A stretch of 64,000 bases of DNA from Balanoglossus misakiensis (GCA_040954595.2 CM082587.2:11709162-11773161), one strand, 5' to 3'. Counted from the first letter of the stretch, positions 39,756-54,484 are shown. Numbers and translations: made by a program. The notes: generated by a model from the sequence alone, not told the origin.

Positions 39756-42700
39756 ATATTTTCTGTAAAATAGACATTTAATTGGCAAGCCGTCCTGCAT
39801 CAATTATTAATTGTGTACATGCACTAAAGCGCCCTCACTGCTGGGTGTGTTGTATGGTCTTTAACCCTGTTTCAAATTAGAGTACTTTCTGCAATTTCAA
39901 GACAGATCTTACGTGCCATTGGAGAGCTCCATTGACTGGTCATTCATACTGTTTTCATTCATTCATTGCGGCATCAATATATTTTATGTATTCTAGCCAA
40001 AGAGCTTGGCACCTGTTGAAATGAACTCATCTGCTGTGGGCCAGTTTATTGGTGGCAGTTGAGCTGAGGAGAGCACCTTCCTTCCCGGCACGCCACCAAG
40101 TAAAGTTCCACGCCGCCCACCACAGATGCCAGCATTCATTCATGCGAGTGAGTGTAATTGCAAATTTGCCTATTCTAGATCTGTAATGGAAATGGAGAAA
40201 GTACCTTATATTTTCTGTAAAATAGACATTTAATTGGCAAGCCGTCCTGCATCAATTATTAATTGTGTACATGCACTAAAGCGCCCTCACTGCTGGGTGT
40301 GTTGTATGGTCTTTAACCCTGTTTCAAATTAGAGTACTTTCTGCAATTTCAAGACAGATCTTACGTGCCATTGGAGAGCTCCATTGACTGGTCATTCATA
40401 CTGTTTTCATTCATTCATTGCGGCATCAATATATTTTATCTATTCTAGCCAAAGAGCTTGGCACCTGTTGAAATGAACTCATCTGCTGTGGGCCAGTTTA
40501 TTGGTGGCAGTTGAGCTGAGGAGAGCACCTTCCTTCCCGGCACGCCACCAAGTAAAGTTCCACGCCGCCCACCACAGATGCCAGCATTCATTCATGCGAG
40601 TGAGTGTAATTGCAAATTTGCCTATTCTAGAATTACGTGCCATTGGAGAGCTCCATTGACTGGTCATTCATACTGTTTTCATTCATTCATTGCGGCATCA
40701 ATATATTTTATCTATTCTAGCCAAAGAGCTTGGCACCTGTTGAAATGAACTCATCTGCTGTGGGCCAGTTTATTGGTGGCAGTTGAGCTGAGGAGAGCAC
40801 CTTCCTTCCCGGCACGCCACCAAGTAAAGTTCCACGCCGCCCACCACAGATGCCAGCATTCATTCATGCGAGTGAGTGTAATTGCAAATTTGCCTATTCT
40901 AGATCTGTAATGGAAATGGAGAAAGTACCTTATATTTTCTGTAAAATAGACATTTAATTGGCAAGCCGTCCTGCATCAATTATGAATTGTGTACATGCAC
41001 TAAAGCGCCCTCACTGCTGGGTGTGTTGTATGGTCTTTAACCCTGTTTCAAATTAGAGTACTTTCTGCAATTTCAAGACAGATCTTACGTGCCATTGGAG
41101 AGCTCCATTGACTGGTCATTCATACTGTTTTCATTCATTCATTGCGGCATCAATATATTTTATCTATTCTAGCCAAAGAGCTTGGCACCTGTTGAAATGA
41201 ACTCATCTGCTGTGGGCCAGTTTATTGGTGGCAGTTGAGCTGAGGAGAGCACCTTCCTTCCCGGCACGCCACCAAGTAAAGTTCCACGCCGCCCACCACA
41301 GATGCCAGCATTCATTCATGCGAGTGAGTGTAATTGCAAATTTGCCTATTCTAGAATCTTACGTGCCATTGGAGAGCTCCATTGACTGGTCATTCATACT
41401 GTTTTCATTCATTCATTGCGGCATCAATATATTTTATCTATTCTAGCCAAAGAGCTTGGCACCTGTTGAAATGAACTCATCTGCTGTGGGCCAGTTTATT
41501 GGTGGCAGTTGAGCTGAGGAGAGCACCTTCCTTCCCGGCACGCCACCAAGTAAAGTTCCACGCCGCCCACCACAGATGCCAGCATTCATTCATGCGAGTG
41601 AGTGTAATTGCAAATTTGCCTATTCTAGAATTCTTACGTGCCATTGGAGAGCTCCATTGACTGGTCATTCATACTGTTTTCATTCATTCATTGCGGCATC
41701 AATATATTTTATCTATTCTAGCCAAAGAGCTTGGCACCTGTTGAAATGAACTCATCTGCTGTGGGCCAGTTTATTGGTGGCAGTTGAGCTGAGGAGAGCA
41801 CCTTCCTTCCCGGCACGCCACCAAGTAAAGTTCCACGCCGCCCACCACAGATGCCAGCATTCATTCATGCGAGTGAGTGTAATTGCAAATTTGCCTATTC
41901 TAGATCTGTAATGGAAATGGAGAAAGTACCTTATATTTTCTGTAAAATAGACATTTAATTGGCAAGCCGTCCTGCATCAATTATGAATTGTGTACATGCA
42001 CTAAAGCGCCCTCACTGCTGGGTGTGTTGTATGGTCTTTAACCCTGTTTCAAATTAGAGTACTTTCTGCAATTTCAAGACAGATCTTACGTGCCATTGGA
42101 GAGCTCCATTGACTGGTCATTCATACTGTTTTCATTCATTCATTGCGGCATCAATATATTTTATCTATTCTAGCCAAAGAGCTTGGCACCTGTTGAAATG
42201 AACTCATCTGCTGTGGGCCAGTTTATTGGTGGCAGTTGAGCTGAGAAGAGCACCTTCCTTCCCGGCACGCCACCAAGTAAAGTTCCACGCCGCCCACCAC
42301 AGATGCCAGCATTCATTCATGCGAGTGAGTGTAATTGCAAATTTGCCTATTCTAGAATCTTACGTGCCATTGGAGAGCTCCATTGACTGGTCATTCATAC
42401 TGTTTTCATTCATTCATTGCGGCATCAATATATTTTATCTATTCTAGCCAAAGAGCTTGGCACCTGTTGAAATGAACTCATCTGCTGTGGGCCAGTTTAT
42501 TGGTGGCAGTTGAGCTGAGGAGAGCACCTTCCTTCCCGGGACGCCACCAAGTAAAGTTCCACGCCGCCCACCACAGATGCCAGCATTCATTCATGCGAGT
42601 GAGTGTAATTGCAAATTTGCCTATTCTAGATTCTTACGTGCCATTGGAGAGCTCCATTGACTGGTCATTCATACTGTTTTCATTCATTCATTGCGGCATC

Positions 42701-45700
42701 AATATATTTTATCTATTCTAGCCAAAGAGCTTGGCACCTGTTGAAATGAACTCATCTGCTGTGGGCCAGTTTATTGGTGGCAGTTGAGCTGAGGAGAGCA
42801 CCTTCCTTCCCGGCACGCCACCAAGTAAAGTTCCACGCCGCCCACCACAGATGCCAGCATTCATTCATGCGAGTGAGTGTAATTGCAAATTTGCCTATTC
42901 TAGATCTGTAATGGAAATGGAGAAAGTACCTTATATTTTCTGTAAAATAGACATTTAATTGGCAAGCCGTCCTGCATCAATTATTAATTGTGTACATGCA
43001 CTAAAGCGCCCTCACTGCTGGGTGTGTTGTATGGTCTTTAACCCTGTTTCAAATTAGAGTACTTTCTGCAATTTCAAGACAGATCTTACGTGCCATTGGA
43101 GAGCTCCATTGACTGGTCATTCATACTGTTTTCATTCATTCATTGCGGCATCAATATATTTTATCTATTCTAGCCAAAGAGCTTGGCACCTGTTGAAATG
43201 AACTCATCTGCTGTGGGCCAGTTTATTGGTGGCAGTTGAGCTGAGGAGAGCACCTTCCTTCCCGGCACGCCACCAAGTAAAGTTCCACGCCGCCCACCAC
43301 AGATGCCAGCATTCATTCATGCGAGTGAGTGTAATTGCAAATTTGCCTATTCTAGATCTGTAATGGAAATGGAGAAAGTACCTTATATTTTCTGTAAAAT
43401 AGACATTTAATTGGCAAGCCGTCCTGCATCAATTATGAATTGTGTACATGCACTAAAGCGCCCTCACTGCTGGGTGTGTTGTATGGTCTTTAACCCTGTT
43501 TCAAATTAGAGTACTTTCTGCAATTTCAAGACAGATCTTACGTGCCATTGGAGAGCTCCATTGACTGGTCATTCATACTGTTTTCATTCATTCATTGCGG
43601 CATCAATATATTTTATGTATTCTAGCCAAAGAGCTTGGCACCTGTTGAAATGAACTCATCTGCTGTGGGCCAGTTTATTGGTGGCAGTTGAGCTGAGGAG
43701 AGCACCTTCCTTCCCGGCACGCCACCAAGTAAAGTTCCACGCCGCCCACCACAGATGCCAGCATTCATTCATGCGAGTGAGTGTAATTGCAAATTTGCCT
43801 ATTCTAGATCTGTAATGGAAATGGAGAAAGTACCTTATATTTTCTGTAAAATAGACATTTAATTGGCAAGCCGTCCTGCATCAATTATTAATTGTGTACA
43901 TGCACTAAAGCGCCCTCACTGCTGGGTGTGTTGTATGGTCTTTAACCCTGTTTCAAATTAGAGTACTTTCTGCAATTTCAAGACAGATCTTACGTGCCAT
44001 TGGAGAGCTCCATTGACTGGTCATTCATACTGTTTTCATTCATTCATTGCGGCATCAATATATTTTATCTATTCTAGCCAAAGAGCTTGGCACCTGTTGA
44101 AATGAACTCATCTGCTGTGGGCCAGTTTATTGGTGGCAGTTGAGCTGAGGAGAGCACCTTCCTTCCCGGCACGCCACCAAGTAAAGTTCCACGCCGCCCA
44201 CCACAGATGCCAGCATTCATTCATGCGAGTGAGTGTAATTGCAAATTTGCCTATTCTAGAATTACGTGCCATTGGAGAGCTCCATTGACTGGTCATTCAT
44301 ACTGTTTTCATTCATTCATTGCGGCATCAATATATTTTATCTATTCTAGCCAAAGAGCTTGGCACCTGTTGAAATGAACTCATCTGCTGTGGGCCAGTTT
44401 ATTGGTGGCAGTTGAGCTGAGGAGAGCACCTTCCTTCCCGGCACGCCACCAAGTAAAGTTCCACGCCGCCCACCACAGATGCCAGCATTCATTCATGCGA
44501 GTGAGTGTAATTGCAAATTTGCCTATTCTAGATCTGTAATGGAAATGGAGAAAGTACCTTATATTTTCTGTAAAATAGACATTTAATTGGCAAGCCGTCC
44601 TGCATCAATTATGAATTGTGTACATGCACTAAAGCGCCCTCACTGCTGGGTGTGTTGTATGGTCTTTAACCCTGTTTCAAATTAGAGTACTTTCTGCAAT
44701 TTCAAGACAGATCTTACGTGCCATTGGAGAGCTCCATTGACTGGTCATTCATACTGTTTTCATTCATTCATTGCGGCATCAATATATTTTATCTATTCTA
44801 GCCAAAGAGCTTGGCACCTGTTGAAATGAACTCATCTGCTGTGGGCCAGTTTATTGGTGGCAGTTGAGCTGAGGAGAGCACCTTCCTTCCCGGCACGCCA
44901 CCAAGTAAAGTTCCACGCCGCCCACCACAGATGCCAGCATTCATTCATGCGAGTGAGTGTAATTGCAAATTTGCCTATTCTAGATCTGTAATGGAAATGG
45001 AGAAAGTACCTTATATTTTCTGTAAAATAGACATTTAATTGGCAAGCCGTCCTGCATCAATTATGAATTGTGTACATGCACTAAAGCGCCCTCACTGCTG
45101 GGTGTGTTGTATGGTCTTTAACCCTGTTTCAAATTAGAGTACTTTCTGCAATTTCAAGACAGATCTTACGTGCCATTGGAGAGCTCCATTGACTGGTCAT
45201 TCATACTGTTTTCATTCATTCATTGCGGCATCAATATATTTTATCTATTCTAGCCAAAGAGCTTGGCACCTGTTGAAATGAACTCATCTGCTGTGGGCCA
45301 GTTTATTGGTGGCAGTTGAGCTGAGAAGAGCACCTTCCTTCCCGGCACGCCACCAAGTAAAGTTCCACGCCGCCCACCACAGATGCCAGCATTCATTCAT
45401 GCGAGTGAGTGTAATTGCAAATTTGCCTATTCTAGAATCTTACGTGCCATTGGAGAGCTCCATTGACTGGTCATTCATACTGTTTTCATTCATTCATTGC
45501 GGCATCAATATATTTTATCTATTCTAGCCAAAGAGCTTGGCACCTGTTGAAATGAACTCATCTGCTGTGGGCCAGTTTATTGGTGGCAGTTGAGCTGAGG
45601 AGAGCACCTTCCTTCCCGGGACGCCACCAAGTAAAGTTCCACGCCGCCCACCACAGATGCCAGCATTCATTCATGCGAGTGAGTGTAATTGCAAATTTGC

Positions 45701-48700
45701 CTATTCTAGATTCTTACGTGCCATTGGAGAGCTCCATTGACTGGTCATTCATACTGTTTTCATTCATTCATTGCGGCATCAATATATTTTATCTATTCTA
45801 GCCAAAGAGCTTGGCACCTGTTGAAATGAACTCATCTGCTGTGGGCCAGTTTATTGGTGGCAGTTGAGCTGAGGAGAGCACCTTCCTTCCCGGCACGCCA
45901 CCAAGTAAAGTTCCACGCCGCCCACCACAGATGCCAGCATTCATTCATGCGAGTGAGTGTAATTGCAAATTTGCCTATTCTAGATCTGTAATGGAAATGG
46001 AGAAAGTACCTTATATTTTCTGTAAAATAGACATTTAATTGGCAAGCCGTCCTGCATCAATTATTAATTGTGTACATGCACTAAAGCGCCCTCACTGCTG
46101 GGTGTGTTGTATGGTCTTTAACCCTGTTTCAAATTAGAGTACTTTCTGCAATTTCAAGACAGATCTTACGTGCCATTGGAGAGCTCCATTGACTGGTCAT
46201 TCATACTGTTTTCATTCATTCATTGCGGCATCAATATATTTTATCTATTCTAGCCAAAGAGCTTGGCACCTGTTGAAATGAACTCATCTGCTGTGGGCCA
46301 GTTTATTGGTGGCAGTTGAGCTGAGGAGAGCACCTTCCTTCCCGGCACGCCACCAAGTAAAGTTCCACGCCGCCCACCACAGATGCCAGCATTCATTCAT
46401 GCGAGTGAGTGTAATTGCAAATTTGCCTATTCTAGAATTACGTGCCATTGGAGAGCTCCATTGACTGGTCATTCATACTGTTTTCATTCATTCATTGCGG
46501 CATCAATATATTTTATCTATTCTAGCCAAAGAGCTTGGCACCTGTTGAAATGAACTCATCTGCTGTGGGCCAGTTTATTGGTGGCAGTTGAGCTGAGGAG
46601 AGCACCTTCCTTCCCGGCACGCCACCAAGTAAAGTTCCACGCCGCCCACCACAGATGCCAGCATTCATTCATGCGAGTGAGTGTAATTGCAAATTTGCCT
46701 ATTCTAGATCTGTAATGGAAATGGAGAAAGTACCTTATATTTTCTGTAAAATAGACATTTAATTGGCAAGCCGTCCTGCATCAATTATGAATTGTGTACA
46801 TGCACTAAAGCGCCCTCACTGCTGGGTGTGTTGTATGGTCTTTAACCCTGTTTCAAATTAGAGTACTTTCTGCAATTTCAAGACAGATCTTACGTGCCAT
46901 TGGAGAGCTCCATTGACTGGTCATTCATACTGTTTTCATTCATTCATTGCGGCATCAATATATTTTATCTATTCTAGCCAAAGAGCTTGGCACCTGTTGA
47001 AATGAACTCATCTGCTGTGGGCCAGTTTATTGGTGGCAGTTGAGCTGAGGAGAGCACCTTCCTTCCCGGCACGCCACCAAGTAAAGTTCCACGCCGCCCA
47101 CCACAGATGCCAGCATTCATTCATGCGAGTGAGTGTAATTGCAAATTTGCCTATTCTAGATCTGTAATGGAAATGGAGAAAGTACCTTATATTTTCTGTA
47201 AAATAGACATTTAATTGGCAAGCCGTCCTGCATCAATTATGAATTGTGTACATGCACTAAAGCGCCCTCACTGCTGGGTGTGTTGTATGGTCTTTAACCC
47301 TGTTTCAAATTAGAGTACTTTCTGCAATTTCAAGACAGATCTTACGTGCCATTGGAGAGCTCCATTGACTGGTCATTCATACTGTTTTCATTCATTCATT
47401 TCGGCATCAATATATTTTATCTATTCTAGCCAAAGAGCTTGGCACCTGTTGAAATGAACTCATCTGCTGTGGGCCAGTTTATTGGTGGCAGTTGAGCTGA
47501 GAAGAGCACCTTCCTTCCCGGCACGCCACCAAGTAAAGTTCCACGCCGCCCACCACAGATGCCAGCATTCATTCATGCGAGTGAGTGTAATTGCAAATTT
47601 GCCTATTCTAGAATCTTACGTGCCATTGGAGAGCTCCATTGACTGGTCATTCATACTGTTTTCATTCATTCATTGCGGCATCAATATATTTTATCTATTC
47701 TAGCCAAAGAGCTTGGCACCTGTTGAAATGAACTCATCTGCTGTGGGCCAGTTTATTGGTGGCAGTTGAGCTGAGGAGAGCACCTTCCTTCCCGGGACGC
47801 CACCAAGTAAAGTTCCACGCCGCCCACCACAGATGCCAGCATTCATTCATGCGAGTGAGTGTAATTGCAAATTTGCCTATTCTAGATTCTTACGTGCCAT
47901 TGGAGAGCTCCATTGACTGGTCATTCATACTGTTTTCATTCATTCATTGCGGCATCAATATATTTTATCTATTCTAGCCAAAGAGCTTGGCACCTGTTGA
48001 AATGAACTCATCTGCTGTGGGCCAGTTTATTGGTGGCAGTTGAGCTGAGGAGAGCACCTTCCTTCCCGGCACGCCACCAAGTAAAGTTCCACGCCGCCCA
48101 CCACAGATGCCAGCATTCATTCATGCGAGTGAGTGTAATTGCAAATTTGCCTATTCTAGATCTGTAATGGAAATGGAGAAAGTACCTTATATTTTCTGTA
48201 AAATAGACATTTAATTGGCAAGCCGTCCTGCATCAATTATTAATTGTGTACATGCACTAAAGCGCCCTCACTGCTGGGTGTGTTGTATGGTCTTTAACCC
48301 TGTTTCAAATTAGAGTACTTTCTGCAATTTCAAGACAGATCTTACGTGCCATTGGAGAGCTCCATTGACTGGTCATTCATACTGTTTTCATTCATTCATT
48401 GCGGCATCAATATATTTTATCTATTCTAGCCAAAGAGCTTGGCACCTGTTGAAATGAACTCATCTGCTGTGGGCCAGTTTATTGGTGGCAGTTGAGCTGA
48501 GGAGAGCACCTTCCTTCCCGGCACGCCACCAAGTAAAGTTCCACGCCGCCCACCACAGATGCCAGCATTCATTCATGCGAGTGAGTGTAATTGCAAATTT
48601 GCCTATTCTAGAATTACGTGCCATTGGAGAGCTCCATTGACTGGTCATTCATACTGTTTTCATTCATTCATTGCGGCATCAATATATTTTATCTATTCTA

Positions 48701-51700
48701 GCCAAAGAGCTTGGCACCTGTTGAAATGAACTCATCTGCTGTGGGCCAGTTTATTGGTGGCAGTTGAGCTGAGGAGAGCACCTTCCTTCCCGGCACGCCA
48801 CCAAGTAAAGTTCCACGCCGCCCACCACAGATGCCAGCATTCATTCATGCGAGTGAGTGTAATTGCAAATTTGCCTATTCTAGATCTGTAATGGAAATGG
48901 AGAAAGTACCTTATATTTTCTGTAAAATAGACATTTAATTGGCAAGCCGTCCTGCATCAATTATGAATTGTGTACATGCACTAAAGCGCCCTCACTGCTG
49001 GGTGTGTTGTATGGTCTTTAACCCTGTTTCAAATTAGAGTACTTTCTGCAATTTCAAGACAGATCTTACGTGCCATTGGAGAGCTCCATTGACTGGTCAT
49101 TCATACTGTTTTCATTCATTCATTGCGGCATCAATATATTTTATCTATTCTAGCCAAAGAGCTTGGCACCTGTTGAAATGAACTCATCTGCTGTGGGCCA
49201 GTTTATTGGTGGCAGTTGAGCTGAGGAGAGCACCTTCCTTCCCGGCACGCCACCAAGTAAAGTTCCACGCCGCCCACCACAGATGCCAGCATTCATTCAT
49301 GCGAGTGAGTGTAATTGCAAATTTGCCTATTCTAGATCTGTAATGGAAATGGAGAAAGTACCTTATATTTTCTGTAAAATAGACATTTAATTGGCAAGCC
49401 GTCCTGCATCAATTATTAATTGTGTACATGCACTAAAGCGCCCTCACTGCTGGGTGTGTTGTATGGTCTTTAACCCTGTTTCAAATTAGAGTACTTTCTG
49501 CAATTTCAAGACAGATCTTACGTGCCATTGGAGAGCTCCATTGACTGGTCATTCATACTGTTTTCATTCATTCATTGCGGCATCAATATATTTTATCTAT
49601 TCTAGCCAAAGAGCTTGGCACCTGTTGAAATGAACTCATCTGCTGTGGGCCAGTTTATTGGTGGCAGTTGAGCTGAGAAGAGCACCTTCCTTCCCGGCAC
49701 GCCACCAAGTAAAGTTCCACGCCGCCCACCACAGATGCCAGCATTCATTCATGCGAGTGAGTGTAATTGCAAATTTGCCTATTCTAGATCTGTAATGGAA
49801 ATGGAGAAAGTACCTTATATTTTCTGTAAAATAGACATTTAATTGGCAAGCCGTCCTGCATCAATTATGAATTGTGTACATGCACTAAAGCGCCCTCACT
49901 GCTGGGTGTGTTGTATGGTCTTTAACCCTGTTTCAAATTAGAGTACTTTCTGCAATTTCAAGACAGATCTTACGTGCCATTGGAGAGCTCCATTGACTGG
50001 TCATTCATACTGTTTTCATTCATTCATTGCGGCATCAATATATTTTATCTATTCTAGCCAAAGAGCTTGGCACCTGTTGAAATGAACTCATCTGCTGTGG
50101 GCCAGTTTATTGGTGGCAGTTGAGCTGAGGAGAGCACCTTCCTTCCCGGCACGCCACCAAGTAAAGTTCCACGCCGCCCACCACAGATGCCAGCATTCAT
50201 TCATGCGAGTGAGTGTAATTGCAAATTTGCCTATTCTAGATCTGTAATGGAAATGGAGAAAGTACCTTATATTTTCTGTAAAATAGACATTTAATTGGCA
50301 AGCCGTCCTGCATCAATTATGAATTGTGTACATGCACTAAAGCGCCCTCACTGCTGGGTGTGTTGTATGGTCTTTAACCCTGTTTCAAATTAGAGTACTT
50401 TCTGCAATTTCAAGACAGATCTTACGTGCCATTGGAGAGCTCCATTGACTGGTCATTCATACTGTTTTCATTCATTCATTGCGGCATCAATATATTTTAT
50501 CTATTCTAGCCAAAGAGCTTGGCACCTGTTGAAATGAACTCATCTGCTGTGGGCCAGTTTATTGGTGGCAGTTGAGCTGAGGAGAGCACCTTCCTTCCCG
50601 GCACGCCACCAAGTAAAGTTCCACGCCGCCCACCACAGATGCCAGCATTCATTCATGCGAGTGAGTGTAATTGCAAATTTGCCTATTCTAGATCTGTAAT
50701 GGAAATGGAGAAAGTACCTTATATTTTCTGTAAAATAGACATTTAATTGGCAAGCCGTCCTGCATCAATTATGAATTGTGTACATGCACTAAAGCGCCCT
50801 CACTGCTGGGTGTGTTGTATGGTCTTTAACCCTGTTTCAAATTAGAGTACTTTCTGCAATTTCAAGACAGATCTTACGTGCCATTGGAGAGCTCCATTGA
50901 CTGGTCATTCATACTGTTTTCATTCATTCATTGCGGCATCAATATATTTTATCTATTCTAGCCAAAGAGCTTGGCACCTGTTGAAATGAACTCATCTGCT
51001 GTGGGCCAGTTTATTGGTGGCAGTTGAGCTGAGGAGAGCACCTTCCTTCCCGGCACGCCACCAAGTAAAGTTCCACGCCGCCCACCACAGATGCCAGCAT
51101 TCATTCATGCGAGTGAGTGTAATTGCAAATTTGCCTATTCTAGATCTGTAATGGAAATGGAGAAAGTACCTTATATTTTCTGTAAAATAGACATTTAATT
51201 GGCAAGCCGTCCTGCATCAATTATGAATTGTGTACATGCACTAAAGCGCCCTCACTGCTGGGTGTGTTGTATGGTCTTTAACCCTGTTTCAAATTAGAGT
51301 ACTTTCTGCAATTTCAAGACAGATCTTACGTGCCATTGGAGAGCTCCATTGACTGGTCATTCATACTGTTTTCATTCATTCATTGCGGCATCAATATATT
51401 TTATCTATTCTAGCCAAAGAGCTTGGCACCTGTTGAAATGAACTCATCTGCTGTGGGCCAGTTTATTGGTGGCAGTTGAGCTGAGAAGAGCACCTTCCTT
51501 CCCGGCACGCCACCAAGTAAAGTTCCACGCCGCCCACCACAGATGCCAGCATTCATTCATGCGAGTGAGTGTAATTGCAAATTTGCCTATTCTAGAATCT
51601 TACGTGCCATTGGAGAGCTCCATTGACTGGTCATTCATACTGTTTTCATTCATTCATTGCGGCATCAATATATTTTATCTATTCTAGCCAAAGAGCTTGG

Positions 51701-52772
51701 CACCTGTTGAAATGAACTCATCTGCTGTGGGCCAGTTTATTGGTGGCAGTTGAGCTGAGGAGAGCACCTTCCTTCCCGGGACGCCACCAAGTAAAGTTCC
51801 ACGCCGCCCACCACAGATGCCAGCATTCATTCATGCGAGTGAGTGTAATTGCAAATTTGCCTATTCTAGATTCTTACGTGCCATTGGAGAGCTCCATTGA
51901 CTGGTCATTCATACTGTTTTCATTCATTCATTGCGGCATCAATATATTTTATCTATTCTAGCCAAAGAGCTTGGCACCTGTTGAAATGAACTCATCTGCT
52001 GTGGGCCAGTTTATTGGTGGCAGTTGAGCTGAGGAGAGCACCTTCCTTCCCGGCACGCCACCAAGTAAAGTTCCACGCCGCCCACCACAGATGCCAGCAT
52101 TCATTCATGCGAGTGAGTGTAATTGCAAATTTGCCTATTCTAGATCTGTAATGGAAATGGAGAAAGTACCTTATATTTTCTGTAAAATAGACATTTAATT
52201 GGCAAGCCGTCCTGCATCAATTATGAATTGTGTACATGCACTAAAGCGCCCTCACTGCTGGGTGTGTTGTATGGTCTTTAACCCTGTTTCAAATTAGAGT
52301 ACTTTCTGCAATTTCAAGACAGATCTTACGTGCCATTGGAGAGCTCCATTGACTGGTCATTCATACTGTTTTCATTCATTCATTGCGACATCAATATATT
52401 TTATCTATTCTAGCCAAAGAGCTTGGCACCTGTTGAAATGAACTCATCTGCTGTGGGCCAGTTTATTGGTGGCAGTTGAGCTGAGGAGAGCACCTTCCTT
52501 CCCGGCACGCCACCAAGTAAAGTTCCACGCCGCCCACCACAGATGCCAGCATTCATTCATGCGAGTGAGTGTAATTGCAAATTTGCCTATTCTAGATCTG
52601 TAATGGAAATGGAGAAAGTACCTTATATTTTCTGTAAAATAGACATTTAATTGGCAAGCCGTCCTGCATCAATTATGAATTGTGTACATGCACTAAAGCG
52701 CCCTCACTGCTGGGTGTGTTGTATGGTCTTTAACCCTGTTTCAAATTAGAGTACTTTCTGCAATTTCAAGAC

Positions 52773-52774
<2 letters not shown>
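39756..52774. repeat. Tandem array, right block (same units and orientation as the left block)
   Basis: 14 short and ~20 long monomers. Begins inside a mini-element and ends exactly at a mini-element right end (ACAG, 52774). Confidence 0.98.
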
Positions 52775-52813
<39 letters not shown>

Positions 52814-53100
52814 ACATACATACATACATACATACATACATACATACATACATACATACATACATACATACATACATACATACATACATACATACATACA
52901 TACATACATACATACATGCATACATACATACACACACACACACACACAGGTACATGCAAACATACAACGACACAAATAAATATATAAATAAATGAATGAA
53001 TGAACGAGTGAATGAATGAATGAATAAATGTATGTATGTATGTATGTATGTATGTATGTATGTATGTATGTATGTATGAATGAATGGATGGATGGATGAA
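52775..53100. repeat. Compound microsatellite (AT)n,(TACA)n,(CA)n,(GAAT)n,(TGTA)n
   Basis: Directly visible simple repeats. Confidence 0.97.
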
Positions 53101-54484
53101 TAAATGTACAATACTAGTAAATCATGCCTATATCCAGTACATTCTGGAAAAATGACCGTCCAAGTTTATAGAGAGAGAGAGAGAGAGCCAGTCAAAAAAT
53201 GTTCAATGTTGGTCAACTGTTCATTGTCATATTTGCTTTCTGTGTCAATACAGGACTAATGCTGTAAACCCTTTGTATTCTGTTTACCATTTGGCTTTAA
53301 TATCTTAACTTGACTTTTTCTTTATATGTGGGTGCAATTATGCTACAAAGCTAAACAGTAAACCCCTGAAGGCTCCTGTACCCTGTGCAATTAACGTAAA
53401 TTTACACTAATTGCTTGCTACATGCAATGCTTATTGTGCCTATAGGATTCAACAACCTTCAGGTTATGCTGAATAAATCATGGTGATAATTTAGCAGTGT
53501 TGGCAAACTGAAGTGTACAATTTAGTTTTAACCTACTTAAACCCTCTCTCTCTGACACAATGACAAAAAATGCTATCAGAATAATACATTTGTAATACAG
53601 ATCATATAAATGAGGAAGGGATTGATTAATGTTCAATTTCGTCCCGTGGGAGAAGTTCTATTCTTGGAATGACGATGGAATCAAAGTCAGTAAAATAAAG
53701 TCATCCTGGAAGGAAACTTCTCTGCATCCGATTCACTGGGGCTTCTGCATTCATACATGTATCCTCTTCTTGCCTATGCACAGAAAGACGACATAACACT
53801 CACCTTGTATTGATTGATTGATTACAGCAAATAAGAGACATTCAACATTCACACAGAAAGGAAAATATGCTCCTGTCAAACACTGAACATGGGTAAAAAA
53901 GGGGCCCAGGATGTGACAACATCTGATCAGGTCACTTCTTGATCACTATGTAATATGGTGGTAGAACACACTTGGGCCCCACTTTTGTATTTTTGTCTGG
54001 CGTGACACTCCCTTAAAACTCTACCAAATGAAGATAAGCCCGCGTCAAAAGAGTGAATTGAAGTCCGCGAAACTACAAGTTAAAAAATCTGCTGTTTTTC
54101 ATCAGGCAATGAACTGGTTGAATGCATATTGGAAGAGAAAGCAATAGGATGGATTGGACATCAGTTACAGTATTCCGAGTATGGCGTTGACTCCTCTCTC
54201 TGTACAGTAATTATGAATAAGTGGAAAGACCAGCTGTGGGCATAAATGCTATAAAATCAGACCCAGTTCATCATGCATTGCTGGATGAATATTTATCCCG
54301 ACTGAAGCACACAGTATATACCGACCATGTGCACTTCCAGTGTTTTTATATAATATGGATGTGTATAGGAGCATTTCAGGGGGTGGGGTGGGGGGGTTGC
54401 TATCAAGTAGGGGGGGGGGGCTTGCTATCAAGTAAAATGAAGGAATGCATCGACTTTTATTATCAGTGGCCCGTAAGGTTAATG

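Larger units (their letters stand above)
31611..39905. mobile_element. Putative autonomous DNA transposon body (Sola1-like transposase plus cargo genes) ending in the mini-element right terminus
   Basis: Unique gene-bearing DNA joins at 39756 (ATATTTTCTGTAAAATAG) to the last 150 bp of the mini-element, ending ACAG at 39905 followed by AT. No left TIR was seen inside the island; the nearest left end is the mini-element at 31227. Confidence 0.75.

Noticed and set aside
460-51961. Repeated 62/63/73-aa ORFs in the ORF track
   Set aside because: They appear only as a by-product of scar length in short monomers, the 73-aa class starts at TTG rather than ATG, and none has recognisable motifs.
1-52774. 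CRISPR-like repeat/spacer array
   Set aside because: The intervening 177-bp segments are identical to each other rather than unique spacers, no cas genes are present, and the context is eukaryotic.
52741-53111. ORFs of MYVC/HTYI repeats; inverted (TACA)n/(TGTA)n
   Set aside because: These are translations of microsatellites; the inverted arrangement is common in compound microsatellites.
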